DNA of 64,000 nucleotides. It comes from Curvularia clavata. Lineage: Eukaryota. The position numbers were made by a program, and so were the translations under genes. Below the pieces are notes generated by a model. That model worked only from the letters and a program-made list of their open reading frames with translations, was not told the origin of the DNA and did not search any database. Below are positions 63,290-64,000 of the stretch, piece by piece; within the stretch, counting starts at the first letter, position 1, and each line of letters starts with the position of its first letter. The stretch spans positions 806,001-870,000 of the forward strand of contig CP089278.1 in assembly GCA_023920165.1 (NCBI GenBank). Direction: 5' to 3'.

Positions 63290-64000
63290 CTAACTGAACG
63301 TTCCTTGTCTGTTCAGCTCCAAGCCCGCAGGCGCAGTACCGATCCGGTCGGCCAATTCCTTTTCCTGAGCACGAGCTTTCAACTCGTCATCCAGTCCCGT
63401 GCTTCTCTTCCGCAGCGGACTAGTAGCATCAGCTGCGCTGTCGTCGACATCGAGCTCCTTTTCCTTGCGTCTAGCTGTTGCCATGCTAGCGACGCTTGAA
63501 TCATCACCGTCATTCTTCTTTGTACGCTCGCCTTCGCCATTGTGTACCTCAATAGTGACGTCGGTGTTGTCCTTGCTAAAGACACGCAGGCCAACAACAC
63601 AAACCGCATTCCAGGGATCACGCTCAAACTCATCCTCCTCTTCAAAATAAGGGTACCTCATGCCATTGTACCAGACATAGCGTGGTTTGTGCTCGGAGAA
63701 ATCGTTTAGGAAGTCGTCTTTGTCTCCGCAGATGCTAGAGTCAAGCGAGCAGGGGCCATCGATCTCTGAATCCCAGGATGAGTCGTCAGAGGTATCGTTG
63801 AGATATTCAAAGCCGTCTTGAGCCCGGTGAGAGAACTCGCTTGTGCTGAGTCCAGGACTAATCTGGATACCAGGTCGCACACCAGGAATTGGTGTAAGAG
63901 TGGCACGCCGCGATGAAGCCGGAGAGCGGCGCGGGCTATGTGTTCGTTGAGGCTGGAGATCGTCGATCATCGTAGGGGTGGGGGTAGAAAGAGGTGTAGG
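63290..64000 (-). CDS. 3' end of a probable fungal calpain-like protease
   Basis: DPWNAVCVVGLRVFSKD motif recalled from the C-termini of fungal calpain-like proteins; the gene starts outside the window. Confidence 0.55.
   Translation of the reverse strand, partial: PTPLSTPTPTMIDDLQPQRTHSPRRSPASSRRATLTPIPGVRPGIQISPGLSTSEFSHRAQDGFEYLNDTSDDSSWDSEIDGPCSLDSSICGDKDDFLNDFSEHKPRYVWYNGMRYPYFEEEDEFERDPWNAVCVVGLRVFSKDNTDVTIEVHNGEGERTKKNDGDDSSVASMATARRKEKELDVDDSAADATSPLRKRSTGLDDELKARAQEKELADRIGTAPAGLELNRQGTFS

Overview
Gene-dense region of a filamentous ascomycete genome (short GT-AG introns with CTAAC/CTGAC branch points; gene content suggests Dothideomycetes/Pleosporales, which is an inference). It holds about 29 protein-coding genes, including MET10, GLO1, FMN1, PRE9, acuK/ERT1, BYE1, an MFS transporter, a GH2 glycosidase and a 5'-nucleotidase. 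Three things stand out. (1) A tRNA-Thr(UGU) gene at 7964-8097 has a normal 11-nt anticodon-loop intron plus a 51-nt spliceosomal-type intron (GTAAGT...CTAAC...CAG) in the T-loop; this intron splits the native B-box and carries a perfect replacement B-box, and a degenerate tRNA-like unit follows immediately. (2) A noncoding array of about ten ~135-220-nt units with conserved motifs lies at 39.8-41.7 kb. (3) A head-to-head NLR (NB-ARC-TPR) / HeLo effector pair shares a PP/RHIM-like amyloid motif at 59.8-63.1 kb. All calls come from reading the sequence; no searches were run.
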